DNA of 64,000 nt from Mobula birostris (GCF_030028105.1 NC_092382.1:6152215-6216214), one strand, 5' to 3'; shown: positions 34,614-49,089, counted from the first letter of the stretch. The notes: a model not told the origin generated them from the sequence alone. Numbers and translations: made by a program.

Positions 34614-35252
34614 TGTTATGTAAAGGGCGTGGACTCTGTACTGACTCCTGACTCCGGGACAATCTAATCAGAACAATAGACCTGAGACCGTTCTCAGAGG
34701 AGTGGATACTGATTATGCAAAATGCCGGACCTACCAAACAAGCAATCTGTAGCCTCGTTTGGTTGCCTCTGTCTGCCTGGGCTGCCTCATTAAACTGGAT
34801 GTAAAGACCCAAATACACAAGGCTGGGGTGGGCGGAGCCATGAAACAACGTTGGCTGTTGCCCTGTACAATGAGCAGTGAGAAGGTGACCCAGGTAGGTC
34901 AGGACAGAGATCCAGTGGTTCAGTTTGTGAGGGGCAGTATAAGACTCAGGAGCTCCAAATAGACAGGGGCGATAACTCTCCAGCAGCCAGAGACCAACCA
35001 TCCTGAATAGGGAGGACCCCACGGACACGTGGAGATCGGGATCACGAGGCCAGCCGTAGAATCCTTTCCCGGGTGATACCTTTTCTCTTCATTGACTGCT
35101 CATGGAGTGTCAGGGGTTCTAGTAGAATGCACACAGGTAGATAGCGTGTGAACCTACGTGCTTTATAGTTGAAATAATAAAATTTACTTGTTGGTAAATA
35201 CAGATTCTCTGTACCTCTCTGATCATTATTACAAGGGATGATCCTTGTAACA
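34614..35252 (+). mobile_element. LTR-like element
   Basis: TGTTA...TAACA termini, TATAAG at ~34938, AATAAA at ~35176; no TSD found and 5' limit uncertain. Confidence 0.35.
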
Positions 35253-35499
35253 GGGGCGTCCATCATTCAAGTTGCCCACCAATAGGACATGCGCGCTGCA
35301 CAGTGTTACCATCGGGAGGGAGCTCACGCTCAGCGATTCAGGAACAGCTTCTTTCCCTCCGCCACCTGTAACTCAGTTTTTTTCCCCTCTATATTTATTT
35401 ATCCTGTATTTCATTTTACTGCTACCGAAAAGTTAACAAATTTCACGACAAATGTCTGTGATATGAAACCTGGTTCTGATTCGGATGCAGGAGGGTTGT

Positions 35500-36582
35500 G
35501 TTAGATTGAATTTAAATTGGTTGAAAGATAATGAGAGGCATTGATCATGTGGACAGTCAGAGGCTTTTTCCCAGGACTGAACACGAGAGGGCATTATTTT
35601 AAGGGGCTTGGAAGTAGGTACAAAGGAGATATCAGGGGTAAGATTCTTTTCCGCAGAGGGTGGTGAGCGCGTGGAATTGGCTGCCGGCAGCTGTGGTGGA
35701 GGCGGAAATGATAGGGACTCCTGGATGGATACATGGAGCTCAGAAGAATAGATGACTATGGGTAAGCCTAGGTAATTCTCAGGTAGGGACATGTTCGTTA
35801 CAGCCTTGTGGGCCGAAGGGCCTGAATTGTGCTGTATGATTTCTATGTTTCTATGTTACTAAGGCGATAAGAAGTGAGGTTTATCTAATTCCGAATGGGA
35901 AAAGGGAGAGAAAGAGAGGTGATCACACTTTGGTCAGCCCTGACATCAGTGAATTGACTCAGTTAACGATACAGGAAGAGGTCACTGATCCACCTAGTTT
36001 AATGCCGAGACTTTCCGCAGCACTGGAAAGGCCTCAGTTGGAGTATTGCGAGCAGTTTTGGGCACATTACCCTGAAAAGACGTGTTGAAGCTAAAAAGGG
36101 TTTCATTCACGAAAATGATTCCAGGATTGAACGTCTTGTCCTATGACAAGCATTGGACGGCTCTGAGCCTGTACTGACTGGAATTCAGAAGAATAAGGGT
36201 GACCTCATTGAAACCTATCGAATGGTGAAAGGCCTTGACAGAGTGGATGCGGAAAGGATGTTTTCTCCGGGGAGAGAGTCCAGGATCAGAGGACACAACC
36301 TCAGAATAGAGGACCGCCCTTCAAGTCCGGTAAAGAGGATGGATTTTTTTTAGATAGAGAGCGGTGCGTTTGTGGAAATCTTTGCCAGTCACCACTGCGG
36401 AGGCCATGTTTTTAGGGATATTCAAGGCAGCAAGTGATAGATTTTTCATAGTTCGGGGCAGGAAGGGATACGGGGAGAAGGCAAGAGATTGGTGCTGAAA
36501 GGAAAATTGGATCAGCCATGATGAAATGGTGGAGCAGACTCGATGGCCAAATGGAGTAACTCTGCGCCTGTATCTCATGGTC
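35500..36582 (+). mobile_element. Two CR1 3'-end fragments
   Basis: GDLIETYRMVKGLDRVD; tails TTCTATGTTTCTATG and ATCTCATGGTCTTA. Confidence 0.75.
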
Positions 36583-37249
36583 TTACCTTCTTCGTGCTGA
36601 CTATCACTTGGACCATCTCGTTAACTTTGTTTCTTGTATCGTTTCGATATATACACATAAATCGCCCGTCACCTGTGTACGCAGTTACCTTTGTAGGGTC
36701 CTGGTAAACCCATCTCCATCAGAGTATGAGAGAGCTCCATCCAAATCACAGCCACTGGTTCTCTGTGAGACATGTCCTGATGTTCCGGTCACCGTCAGTC
36801 TCTCCCTCTCAGACCACAAAGCCTCCACCAGCAGGTCGTCTTATTTACACCAACTCAAATGTTTTAAGTTGTTGGTAAAATCAGACCTGAACTGTGTTTG
36901 TACTCAGGGTAAACTCCGCTTCTCAAGTATCCACGCTGACTTCCGTGTACTTCCTAAAGTACTGGACCTGCTGCCGGACGCAACATCCAGGCAAATGCCA
37001 AGATTTCTATAGCAGCTGACATCTCTTGGAGGACTGGGTCAGGCATAATCTGAAAGGAAAAACAATTTGTCAACGTTTCTGAACGAAACCATCCGGGCCT
37101 GGTAAATGCAGGGGGTTTTGGGATGAGCCGAGTTTCTCTACAAGATCTACCCATATCTTCACTCCGCGGTCTCACCATTCTGTAGATATCATTATCTGCC
37201 TGTCCCCATCACATTCCTTTACCACTATTTTAGTTGTGTTCTATAAGTT

Positions 37250-38110
37250 CTTCAAGGCCTGTAGATACATTCTTCGAAATAAACTCCCATTCTCCTGATA
37301 GACGCACGACTTCTCACAGACAAGTTTTCATATGAAGGTTTTCGCACAGATGTTGTTTTGGACCGAGGTCCTGATTCACCTCCAATCTCCGTCAAGCACA
37401 TTGCAGGCTGCTTGGGGCTACCTCCTGTCATTCCTCAGGCTTCTACCCTCACACTAATGGACAGGCTGAGAAGACGAACCAAGACCTGGAGCAGGTTCTT
37501 CTCTGCCTCTCTCCTCTCGGAGTAACCATTTAATCTTGGCCGAGTTCGCCCACAGCACCCTTCAGCATTCATCACTGGGTATGACCCCTTTCGAGTGTCA
37601 AATTGAGTTTCTGCCTCGCTCTGTCTCCTGATCAGGAATTAGAGGTCGGGTTGCCCTCCGCAGAATAATTTGTTTAAAGGTGTCTCAAGGGCAAAGGATT
37701 CTGAAAGAAAGTTCAGCCCGGCAGCAGGCCAAGGCCAACAGACAAAGGCGGTTTGGCCCCTCTTTCAATATTGATTAGCGGGTCTCTGTTCGTCCACTCA
37801 AACCTGAATCGCGAAAACTAGCCCCTCGCTTTATCGGCCTCTTTAAAGTCACAAGGAAAACTGTCCCGGCAACATATATATCACATCCTCCTTCTTCTCT
37901 AAAAATTCACCCCGCCTATCGGGATTTAAACTTTTACCTTGTCCCTATTTGGCCCCGAATCGGAAGACTCACATGCCTTTCCCTCCGCGCCACCACACCG
38001 CCACCGCCCCCCCCCACCCCCCCCCGCCCCTCACTACCGAGGATCATCTTGCTAGTTCGGGAGGAATATTTTGGATCCTGTCCTTAATTCAGAATTCCAA
38101 AGGACATTCC
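37250..38110 (+). mobile_element. Old Gypsy integrase fragment
   Basis: Manual translation: VVLDRGP, SSGFYPHTNGQAEKTNQDLEQ, RKLAPRFIGLFKV. Confidence 0.7.
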
Positions 38111-38509
38111 GGACAGTACTGGGCCATCAGATGCGGCCATGGTGGGACGGGATTTGTCGCACCCTCGTGTCGGAGGTAGAGTATTCTCAGGTCTCTTTTT
38201 TTTTCTTTGCTGTTTTGTTTGTCAGTTCTCTGAGTTTTATGAATTGTAACTCAAATGTGTTGTTGCGCTTTGGGGATTTTTATATGTTAGAGTTGTGTCT
38301 TCTATAGTTGACAATCACGGTGCAATTATCCATGGATGCTTCTAATTAATTCTCCCTGAGACTTTGCAGGTATCTAAGTAAATATCCATGAACCTTTGTT
38401 CCTCTTCAGATTGGTTACCTGTAAACTTGTCCCGAGTCTGGGCACGGCTTCCTTCGTGCCCTGGAGTATATCTAAAGGGGCAGTGCGAATTCCTGGGGCT
38501 CGGTCGGCC

Positions 38510-39520
38510 TGATCCCTGCCTAGTGGTCACTGAGCATTGATGGAGTCTGTTCTGCTGATGTTAGCCTTAAACTAGACTGGTGTTTAATATTGTGGATCTG
38601 TGAAAGATAAATCAGTTCTCTATCAAATTCCGTGTCCTAGGTGCTTACTGTCTCTACCACACTCACATTGTACACTAGAGAGGCCACTCGGCCCATCTGA
38701 TCCCTGCCCATGTTTCTGTTCCATATCAGTATTTTATTAATCCATTCCTGCCGTCCCCCTCTCACTCTCTCTGTGATGACAGATTGCAACTAGTCACCAG
38801 TCCATGGGAGAAGAGATTTCCCTTGAATGTCATAGAACCATAGAAACCTACAGGACATTACAGACCCTTCGGCCCACAATGTTGTGCCGACCATGTAACC
38901 TACTCTAGAAAACGCCTAGAATTACCCTACCTCATAGCTCTCTATTTTCCTGAGCTCCATGTACCTATCTGAGGTTCTCTTAAAGGACCCTATTGTATCC
39001 GCCTCTACCACTGTCACCGGCAGTGCATTCCACACACCCACCACTCTTTGTGTAAAAAAATCTTACCACTGACATCTCCCTTGCAACTACTTACTTTAAA
39101 CTTACCCCTTGTGTTAGCAATTTCCGTCCTGGGAAAAAGCCTCTGGCTATTCGCACAACCAATGGCTCTCATCACCTTCTCCACCTGCATGAATTTCCTG
39201 CATGTTTTTCTCCAGACTGAATAAGATGATGAGCTCCCTGTGGTTTTGACGTTCCCCAGTGGTCCGGCCGAAGGTGGTTAAACTCCTTCTTCCCTGATCT
39301 TTTGAACGTTTTGGGACATTTTCACTCGTTTCAAAGGACTGTGCCTCAGACAGCTGGGCTGTTGCAATGCGCCTCTAAAGTCTGACAGCAGACTAGTGAG
39401 TGAATCTTCGATGGAGCAGAGTCGGAAACCAAAGTGTTGCCAGCATGAGTCAGTGCTTTGGGGCTCCAGAGAGATATGGAGTCTAGAGTTTACGAGGAGG
39501 AGTAGGAAGAGGAATCAGGC
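38510..39520 (+). pseudogene. Orphan, diverged 3' end and flank of a lost ZNF paralog (with CR1 insert ~38830-39190)
   Basis: Colinear with 29510-30150, e.g. TGGTCACTG.GCAT, GACTGG.GTTTAATATT, ATAAATCAGTTCT, CCTCTAAAG; no finger exon upstream. Confidence 0.65.
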
Positions 39521-39574
39521 CAAAAAGATGTGCCTGCAGATGAAAGAACAGAAACATTTGGAAACTGATTTTTT

Positions 39575-39780
39575 AAAAAATGCAAAACACTGGAGGAAAT
39601 CAGCAGATCAGGCAGCAAATGTGGAGAGGAATAAACAGACAACGTGTAGGCCGAGCTCCTTCAGAATTCCTAGACTATGTGCTCCTCTGCTGAGCTGCTG
39701 CCTGGACAGCAGAGTTCGTCCAGCATTTTGTGTGTGTGCGTCTCTGTATTTCCAGCAACTGCAGAATCTCTTGTGTTTTA
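39575..39780. repeat. Decayed Penelope-like inverted repeat
   Basis: Two opposed copies of the same family tail as 573-705. Confidence 0.55.
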
Positions 39781-39969
39781 TACCTGCCTTTGTAAGAGGG
39801 TTGTACTTTGGCATTAGATACACTTCGATATTGAGTATATTGTTTATTGGAGCCGTTTTCTGCGTTAAAACAGCTGCTGAGTTTTCTATACAGACACTAA
39901 AAAACTGAGATATGGACATGGAACCAGTGTTTGAAAAAACTGTTAATGGCACCGAGATTACCCATAAAG

Positions 39970-40095
39970 CATTGCGTTATAAATTTCGCCGGCGCTGAAG
40001 CATCGATCATATGCGCAGGCGTGAAGGTTGGTGAATATCAGGCATGCGCGCAGTACACAAAGGCCTCGGGATCACGGCTGCAGGTTCGGCTGCAG
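39970..40095 (+). promoter_or_regulatory. Promoter and putative non-coding exon 1 of ZNF gene 3
   Basis: CpG cluster with NRF1-like TGCGCAGGCG and GCATGCGC; consensus donor CAG|GTAAGT at 40096. Confidence 0.6.
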
Positions 40096-40544
40096 GTAAG
40101 TGAGAATCTCGGGACGATGCTGTGACTCCGGACTCCGTGACCCGCAATCCCGGGACAGTCCTGCTCTCTTCCCTCTCTCTCAGCCCCACCATCCGTACAC
40201 GGGCCCCGGGGAGCTTCCGGCTGATGAGGGAATGGGAACCGATGGGTCTCTCAGACAGAGCTGAGCTCCAGCTGTCTAAATGCAAGGATCGGGAACTCGG
40301 AGAAAGGGAACAAAATCTTTTACATCAGCTGTTGTGAAAATCACCTTTGTTCTGCCTCCAGTCACAAACAAGAGAAAATCTGCAGATGCTGGAAATCCGA
40401 GCAACACACACAAATTGCTGGAGGAACTCAGCATTAGTACTCTTTTCCATAGATGCTGCCTGGCCTGCTGAGTTCCCCCAGCATTTTGTGTCTGTTGCTT
40501 GTTCCACCCCCTCTTGTTCTGGACTTTTCTACCCGTGAGGTCAT

Positions 40545-41013
40545 GATTTTTTAATTTTTTTTTAAGTTTTCTACAAACTACAGTGTCGAAGAAAAAAATC
40601 AATAGTGTAAATAGAAGGATCATTGCAATACAGACAAAAATAGCAATAATACACATCTTAACAAATGAGCAAGTCACCCATATTAAAAATGAAAAGTTAG
40701 AAAGGAAAGCACCCAACCCTCCCACGATCCAACTCCAAGCCAACCATTACATTATAAGTATAAATATTTAAAAGGACATTTGAGATAAACTTTTATCACC
40801 CCAGATCTATATATTGTAGGAAAAAGAGAAATGAATAATAAAAAAAGCAGCCTGCTAACTAAACAAAGAATCAAAGAAAGCTGGAAATGCAGGATCTGAC
40901 TATCAAGGGAAGAAAAAAATACACCTGTCAATCTAGGTGAGAATTATGAAAATATCCAAGAAAAGGTCCCCACACCTTATGGAATTTTATATCTGAATTA
41001 AAAAGTGAATAGT
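40545..41013 (-). mobile_element. Probable L1 3' end
   Basis: T-rich start on the + strand (poly-A tail on -) and L1-like composition. Confidence 0.5.
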
Positions 41014-42820
41014 AACCGTATACGCTTATAACAATTACAGCACGGAATCAGGCCATCTCGGCCCTTCTAGTCCGTGCTGAACTCTTATTCTCACCTCGTC
41101 CCGCTGACCTGCACTCAGCCCTTAACCCTCCATTTTTTTCCTGTCCATATAGCTGTCCAATTTTACTTTAAATGACAACATCGAACCTGCCTCAACCACT
41201 TCTGCTGGAAGCTCGTTCCACACAGCTACCACTCTCTGAGTAAAGAAGTTCCCCCTCATGTTACCCCTAAACTTTTGCCCTTTAACTCTCAACTCATGTC
41301 CTCTTGTTTGAATCTCCTCCAATCTCAATGGAAAAAGCCTATCCACATCAACTCTATCTATTCCCCTCATAATTTTAAACACCTCTATCAAGTCCCCGCT
41401 CAACCTTCTACGTTCCAAAGAATAAAGACCTAACTTGTTCAACCTTTCTCTGTAACTTAGGAGATGAAACCCAGGCAACATTTTAGTAAATCTTCTCTTT
41501 ACTCTCTCAATTTCATTGACACCTTTCCCATAATTCGGTGACCAGAACTGTACACAATACTCTAAATTTGGCCTTAGCAATGCCTTATACAATTTCAACA
41601 TTACATCCCAACTCCTATACTCAATGCTCTGATTTATAAAGGCCAGCATACCAAAAGCTTTCTTCACCACCCTATCCACATGAGATTCCACCTTCAGGGA
41701 ACTATGCACCATTATTCCCAGATCCCTCTGTTCTACTGCATTCTTCAATGCCCTACCATTTACCATGTATGTCCTATTTTGATTAGTCCTACCAAAATGT
41801 AACACCTTACATTTATCAGCATTAAATTCCATCTGCCATCTTTCAGCCCAATCTTCTAACTGGCCTAAATCTCTCTGCAAGCTTTGAAAACCTTCTTCAT
41901 GATCCACAACTCCACCTATCTTAGTATCATCTGCATACTTACTAATCCAATTTACCTCCTCACCATCCAGATCATTAATATATATGACAAACAACATTGG
42001 ACCCAGCACAGATCCCTGAGGCACATCACTAGTCACCATCCTCCTATCTGACACGCAGTTATCGTCTCTGGCGTCTCCCATCCAGCCACTGCTGAATCCA
42101 TTTTACTACTTCGATATTAATGCCTAACGATTGAATCTTCTTAACTAACCTTCCATGTGCAACGTTGTCAAAGGCCTTACTGAAGTACATATAGACAACA
42201 TCCACCGCTTTATCCTCATCAACTTTCCTAGTAACCTCATCAAAAAGTTCAATAAGATTTGTCGAACATGACCTTCCACGCACAAATCCATGTTACCTGT
42301 TCCTAATCAGACCCTGTCTATCCAGATAATTATATATACCATCTCTAAGAATACTTTCCATCAATTTCCCCACCACTAACGTCAAACTCACAGGCGGATA
42401 ATTGCTAGGTTTACTCTTAGAACCCTTTTTAAACAATGGAACAACATGAGCAATAAGCCAATCCTCCAGCACCATTCTCATTTCCAATGACATTTGAAAT
42501 ATTTCTGTCAGAGCCCCTGTCATTTCCACACTAACTTCCCTCAAGGATTCTAGGGAATATCCTGTCTGGACCCAGAAACTTATCCAGTTCTATATTCCTT
42601 AAAAGCACCAGTACCTCCTCTTCTTTAATCATCATACTTTCCATAACTACCCTTCTTGTTTCCTTTACCTTACACAATTCAATATCCTTCTCCTTGGTGA
42701 ATACCGAAGAAAAGAAATTGTTCAAAATTTCCCCCATCTCTTTCGGCTCCGCACATACCCATCCACTCTGATTCTCTAAGGGATCAATTTTATCCCACAC
42801 TATCCTTTTGCTATTAATAT
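41014..42820 (-). mobile_element. CR1 ORF2 RT and 3' end
   Basis: VPQGSVLGP, SKYADDTK, RPNLEYCVQFWSP; same subfamily as 62115-62812. Confidence 0.92.
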
Positions 42821-45800
42821 CTTTTCAAGATCCAAACAAGACATAATATCCCTGAGCCATCGAACATGGGTAGGGGGAACTACATCTCTCCACTTAAGGA
42901 GTACTGCACGTCCAGCTGAAAGAGAGAGAAAAGACAATGTTCATCGTTTAGCCAGGATCAAATGCTTGTCAGAGTCTCGAGAAATACCGAAAAGAGCGAT
43001 CAAAGGATCAGGTTCCAAATGACAGGGACGTGTTTTGACCCATTCTCTCTGGGTACATAATGATATCAAACACCTTTGTCCTGGGCAACAAGTAGCTTTC
43101 ACATCACAAACGTGCCAGACTCCAATGAGACAGACTACTGCCCTTCCCTTCATGTTCATTGGCATTGCCATCACTGAGTTCACCACCGTCAGTCACCTGG
43201 GGGAGGGTTCAGGGGAAATATTTGTGTACAATACAGAAACTGGTGTCACCTGTGTGTATTGTGGTGATGAAAAAGTTGCTGGAGAATTCGCAAGTGGGAA
43301 GAAGTGGAGTGATATTTGGAAATCTTGACTTTTTAAAGCATAATTTAGCAAGCAAGTGACATATGGATGATGTGCAAAAGCTCTGGTGAGAAAATCCTTC
43401 ATTACCCGTTACAGGCCTGCTGCATAGGTTGTGTGAGAGTGCAGATGAACTCGATCAAACCCAGAGGACATCAAAGTTCTTATCGACAGTGATTTGCTAG
43501 CTGTTAAAATGACTGTCTCTCTATATAAAATTCACTGTGCACATGTTGTCACTGTGTAAAAAAAATGGACAGTACAAGATTTATATGCACACTGGTCATT
43601 ACAAATTAGAGGGGACATTGGTGGGAAGGTGGGAAGACATCCGGTGTCCCTGATGCCCTCACCTACAAGATGTGCATCCAGCTGCAGCTTGTAACCCTGC
43701 ACTTTACAGAATTGGAACTTGAAATGGGAGAATTCTGGATCATCCAGGAGTTGGAGGACGTAATAGATATGACATGAAGAGAGGTGAGTTACACCCAAAG
43801 TGCAGGACACAGGAAACTGGGTGAGAGGCAGGAAGGGGAATGAGTTTAAATAGCAATCACAGAGTACTGTTATTGCTATCCAACACAACAACGGGTGGAC
43901 CACTTTAGAAACTTGCGGGGGATTACCTGGCAGAGGAAAGTCAAGGGGGTGATAGGAGATTCGTTAGTTAGGGGAACAGAACAAGAGGGGACGAATATCC
44001 TAGTGGTAAGACTTGCTCATGCGAGTTGTAGGGGGAATGGGAGCCAGCATTAACAGAACAGATAGTGGAGAGGGTGAATTGAATTGACTTTATTACTTAC
44101 GTCCTTCATATACATGAGGAGTAGAGATCGTTATGTTATGTCTCCGTCTAAGTGTGCAATTTGTAATTTATAGTAATTTATAATAAATAGTTTGTACATA
44201 GGACAGTCAATATAACATAGAAATGCAATTGTATCAGCATAAATTAATCAGTCTGATGGCCTGGTGGAAGATGATGTCCCGGAGCCTGTTGGTCCTTTTG
44301 CTGTGGTACCGTTTCCTGGATGGTAGCAGCAGGAACAGTTTGTGGTTGTGGTGAATTGGGTCCCCAATATCGTTTGGGCCCGTTTTACATCCGTGTCTCT
44401 GTAAATGTCCTGATTAGTGGGAAGTTCACATCTACAGATGCGCTGGGCTGTCCGCACCACACTCTGCAGGTTCCTGCGATTAAGGGAAGTACAGTTCCCA
44501 TACCAGGCAGTGATGCAGCCAGTCAGGATGCTCTCAATTGTGTCCCTGCAGAAAGTTCTTAGGATTTGGGGCCCCATCCCCAACTTCTTCAACCGTTTTG
44601 AGGTGAAAGAAGTGCTGCTGTGCTCTTTTCATAACACAGCCGGTATGTACAGACCATGTGAGATCCTTGGTGATGTTTATGCTGAGGAATTTAAAGCTGT
44701 TCACCCTCTCAACCCCAGATCCATTGATGTCAATAGGGGTTAGCCTGTCTCCATTCCTCCCGTCGTCCACTATCAGCTCCTTTGTTTTTGTGACAATGAG
44801 GGAGCGTCTGTTTTCTTGTCACCAGTCAGATGTTGTTCAGACCTCAGAGTCAGCAATCAAATGGTTGAGCATGGTGCGATGAATGTGCTGAGCTGTGTAT
44901 ATCACAATGCAAGAGGCATCATAGGAAATCCAGATGAGCTCAGGACAGGGAATTATGATATTGTAGCCATTATTGGGACTTGGTTGCACCCAACAGTCTG
45001 AGGGATTTAGGGGAACAAATTTGTAGAGAGATTGCAGACCATGCCAAGAAACAAAGGTGTGATTTTAACTTTCCATATATTGACTGGGACTCCCATACTG
45101 TAAAAGATGTCAAGGGGGTAGAGGTTGCCAAATGTGCCCTTTATCAGTTCGTAGAATTCCCGACATAGAAGTGTGCAATGAGCTGTTAGGAAATGTTCCA
45201 GGGCTGGTGACAGAAATTAGTGATCATAATGCCATGGGAATCAAAGTAAATACGGAAAACGAGAGGTGTGCACCACAGGTTGAGATTCTAAATTGGAGAA
45301 AGGTCAATTTTGATGGTATCAGACAGGATCTGACAAGTGTGGTTTGGGACAGGCTGTTTTCTGGCAAAGGAGTACTTGGTAAGTGGGAGGCCTACAGAAG
45401 TGAAATTTTGAGGGTGTCTAGTTTGTATGTACCTGTCAAAATAAAAGTTGAAAGGTAACTGGTGCAGAGAACCTTGGATTTGAAGAGATATTGAGACCCC
45501 AGATATTTTGTTCCTCCAAATGCCTCAGACTGTTGGGCGCTACCAAGACTAATTAATGACTACAATATCAAAATTCCACACCTGAGCTCATCCAACTTTT
45601 TTTTAGTCGTCTTCTGTTGGTTTCTAAAAGCTTCCCAATAGCTTTTGCTCTTTTGTTTGCCCTCTCTTTAGCTTTTATGTTGGCTTTGGCTTCTCATTTC
45701 ATCCACAGTTGTGGCCTCCTGCGTTTCCAATGCTTCCACTTCTTTGGGATGTATCGATCACTCAACCTCCTGCACCGGGACCATCGCCATCCATAACCTT

Positions 45801-46934
45801 CCCATCCAGGCTCCCATACAAATTTCTTTTAAATGGTGAAACTGAGCTCATATTCACCACTTGTGCTGACATCTCATTCCACACTCTCACGACCATTTCA
45901 GTAAAGAGCTTTTCCAAATGTTCCCGTTAAATTTTCACCTTTCCCACTTACCCATGACATCTGGTTGTCATCTCACCCAACCTCAGTGGAAAAAAATGCT
46001 TGCATTTACCCTATCTGTACCCTCATAATTTTGTATACTTCCAACAAATCCTCAAAGCAATGTATAATTTCTTGTTTATGTTTGGAGCCTTTTTTGGTGT
46101 ATAAGATGATGAGGGGCATTGATCATGTGGATAACCAGAGGCTTTTTTTCCCAGGGCTGAAATGGCTAACACGAGGGGGCATAGTTTTAAGGTGCTTGGA
46201 AACAGATACTGAGGGGAAGTCAGGGGTAAGTTTTTTACCCAGAGAGTGGTGGGTGCGTGGAATGCACTGCCGGCTATTTGTGTGAGTATTTCAGTTCCTG
46301 TGGGGCCAGTCGCCCATGCAGCTAAGTGCGAACAGGGAATAATACCAATGGAGAGAGTCAAACTGAGCCAGGTCACAGATTGGAGATGGCAGAAATGCCC
46401 CATTCTTATAGAGACAGGAAGAGCATCAGAGAGTTTGATGGTCATTCCAGATACCAGCACTGTGCCCAGTTAGAAGATGATTTCTCTCTCCACCTTGTGT
46501 GGAACTTCACTGTAACAGAGTGATGCCAGATCACACCTTGACAACTCAAGTGATCTCATCTGAAATATTGTCCTACACCCATTGATGGATTTTGTAAATA
46601 TTTTTACAGGTTAAAAATGACAAGGAATTTGTCTACGGGAATCTCGAACACAACACGACAGTTTTGCTGTCTCTGTCCAGATACTTAAGAAGTGGAGCAA
46701 GGGATTCACTCGATCATCCTTCCTGCTGAGACTGTGGGGAGGGACTCACTCGGTCATCTCAACTGAAGGTACATCAGCAAGTTCACACCGGGACAAGGTC
46801 ATTCACCTGTTCTGTGTGTGAGAAGGGATTCAGTCAGTCTTCCAACCTGTGGACACACCAGTTAGTTCTCACTGGGCAGATTGCTAGTCATCTGCTGAAT
46901 TTGTAAGGAAGGATTCACTCGGTCATCTAACCTA

Positions 46935-48476
46935 ATGGCTCACCAGCGAGTTCACACTGGACACCGGCTGTTCACCTGCTTGGACTGTGGGAAGGGATTC
47001 ACTGAATCATATAAGCTACTGAGACACTGGTCAGTTCACACTGGGGAGCAGCCGTTCACGTGCTCAGACTGTGGGAAGGGATTCCCTTGTTTCTCTAAAC
47101 TGAAGGTACATCAGCGAGTTCACACCGGGGAGCGGCCGTTCACCTGCTCGGACTGTGGGAAGGGATTCACTGAATCATTTAACCTGCAGATACACCGGTC
47201 AATTCACACCGGTGAGAGGGCATTCACGTGCTCAGACTGCGGGAAGGGATTCGCTTGCTCATCCCAACTGAAAGTGCATCAGCGAGTTCACACTGGGGAG
47301 AGGCCGTTCACCTGCTCAGACTGTGGGAAGGGATTCACTTCGTACTCTGTTTTACAGAGACACAGGCAAGTTCACACTGGGGAGAGGCCGTTCACCTGCT
47401 CAGTGTGTGGGAAGGGATTCACTCGATCATCCTACCTACAAGCACACAGGTCTGTTCACACTGGGGAGAGGCCGTTCACCTGCTCCGACTGTGGGAAAAG
47501 ATTCACTCGATCAGCCCAACTGAAGGTACATCAGCGAGTTCACACTGGGGAGAGGCCGTTCACCTGCTCAGACTGTGGGGAGGGATTCACTCAGTCATCT
47601 GAACTGAAGAAACACCAGCGAGTTCACACTGGAGAGAGGCCGTTCACTTGCTCAGTGTGTGGGAAGGGATTCACTCGGTCATCCCACCTACTGACACATC
47701 AGTCAGTTCACACTGGAGAGAGGCCGTTCACCTGCTCAGACTGTGGGAAGGCATTCACTCGGTCATCTGTCCTAGAGAGACACTGGCGAATTCATGCTGG
47801 GGAGTGGCCATTCACCTGCTCAGTCTGTGGGAAGGGATTCACTTGCTCATCCCTACTGAAGATACATCAGCGAGTTCACACTGGAGAGAGGCCGTTCATC
47901 TGCTCAGACTGTGGGAAGGGATTCATTCAGTCATCTGAACTGAAGGTACATCAGCGAGTTCACACTGGAGAGAGGCCTTTCACCTGCTCAGACTGTGGAA
48001 AGGGATTCACTTCGTCCTCTCAACTTAAGATACATCAGCGAGTTCACACTGGAGAGAGGCCTTTCACCTGCTCAGTCTGTGGGAAGGGATTCACCTCGTC
48101 ATCTCAACTTAAGGTACATCAGAGAGTTCACACTGGAGAGAGGCCGTTCACCTGCTCAGACTGTGGGAAGGGATTCACTTGCTCATCTCAACTGAAGGTA
48201 CATCAGCGAGTTCACACTGGGGAGAGGCCGTTCACCTGCACAGACTGTGGAAAGGGATTCACTTCGTCCTCTCAACTACTGAGTCACCAGCGAGTTCACA
48301 CTGGAGAAAGGCCATTCACCTGCTCAGACTGTGGGAAGGGATTCACTCAGTTGTCTCATCTACAGAGACACCAGCGTGTTCACACTGGGGAGAGGTCGTT
48401 CACCTGCTCAGTGTGTGGGAAGAGATTCACTCGGTCATCCAACCTACAGAAACACCAGCGAGTTCATACTGGGTAG
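46935..48476 (+). CDS. C2H2 zinc-finger protein (gene 3), 18 fingers, no effector domain
   Basis: 513-aa uninterrupted finger array; acceptor at 46609. Confidence 0.92.
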   Translation: MAHQRVHTGHRLFTCLDCGKGFTESYKLLRHWSVHTGEQPFTCSDCGKGFPCFSKLKVHQRVHTGERPFTCSDCGKGFTESFNLQIHRSIHTGERAFTCSDCGKGFACSSQLKVHQRVHTGERPFTCSDCGKGFTSYSVLQRHRQVHTGERPFTCSVCGKGFTRSSYLQAHRSVHTGERPFTCSDCGKRFTRSAQLKVHQRVHTGERPFTCSDCGEGFTQSSELKKHQRVHTGERPFTCSVCGKGFTRSSHLLTHQSVHTGERPFTCSDCGKAFTRSSVLERHWRIHAGEWPFTCSVCGKGFTCSSLLKIHQRVHTGERPFICSDCGKGFIQSSELKVHQRVHTGERPFTCSDCGKGFTSSSQLKIHQRVHTGERPFTCSVCGKGFTSSSQLKVHQRVHTGERPFTCSDCGKGFTCSSQLKVHQRVHTGERPFTCTDCGKGFTSSSQLLSHQRVHTGERPFTCSDCGKGFTQLSHLQRHQRVHTGERSFTCSVCGKRFTRSSNLQKHQRVHTG

Positions 48477-48615
48477 AGGCCGATCTGCTGCTCAGACTTT
48501 GGGAAGAGATTCTCTCAGCCATCGCCACCAAATGTCCATCATTGAGTTCACACTGGGGAGAGGCCGTTCACCTGCTATGAACTTGTGAAGCAATTCGCTC
48601 AGGCATCTAACCTTA

Positions 48616-49067
48616 TGTAACTCTCGCTTCGGCTAGCAGCTTAATATAGGGGGTGATAGCCCCCCAGCCCGGCCAAACTTAAGAAATCTCGTTTGGGTGG
48701 ATGCTGCGCTTGGGTTGATGTTACAAATCAGTACCCTGAAATAACAAACGGTACACAATATGTGATTAAACGATTGGGCTTTGTAGTTCTTACTTTGACT
48801 ATAGGGTTAGTAACGAAAAAATAAAGGAAAATGGCCCACTCTCTCCATTCATGTCTTTTATCTCTCCCCAGCAAAAGACCACAAAAATCTCTCTTCCAGA
48901 CTCACAAGAAAGAACAACATTTCTCTCATTGGATAGCCCCGCACTCCAAAACCCTGTTGTCTCTAGTCATAACATAAACATTGCTGCTACAGAGAAACCA
49001 TTACCTCAGCAGTGAAACATTACAGAGAGGCCATTACATTAACAGTGAAACCTCACAGCATGTTGCA
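48616..49067 (-). mobile_element. Solo LTR in the 3' UTR of gene 3
   Basis: TGTAAC...GTTGCA termini; same position as in genes 1 and 2. Confidence 0.7.
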
Positions 49068-49089
49068 GTTCTGACACACTACCGGGTTC

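Noticed and set aside
36685-37049. Minus-strand immune-receptor-like exon (PSPPRDVSCYR, SGCDLDG)
   Set aside because: The apparent acceptor derives from a Penelope-like remnant, the frames contain stops, and the motifs are too short to support MHC or cytokine-receptor homology
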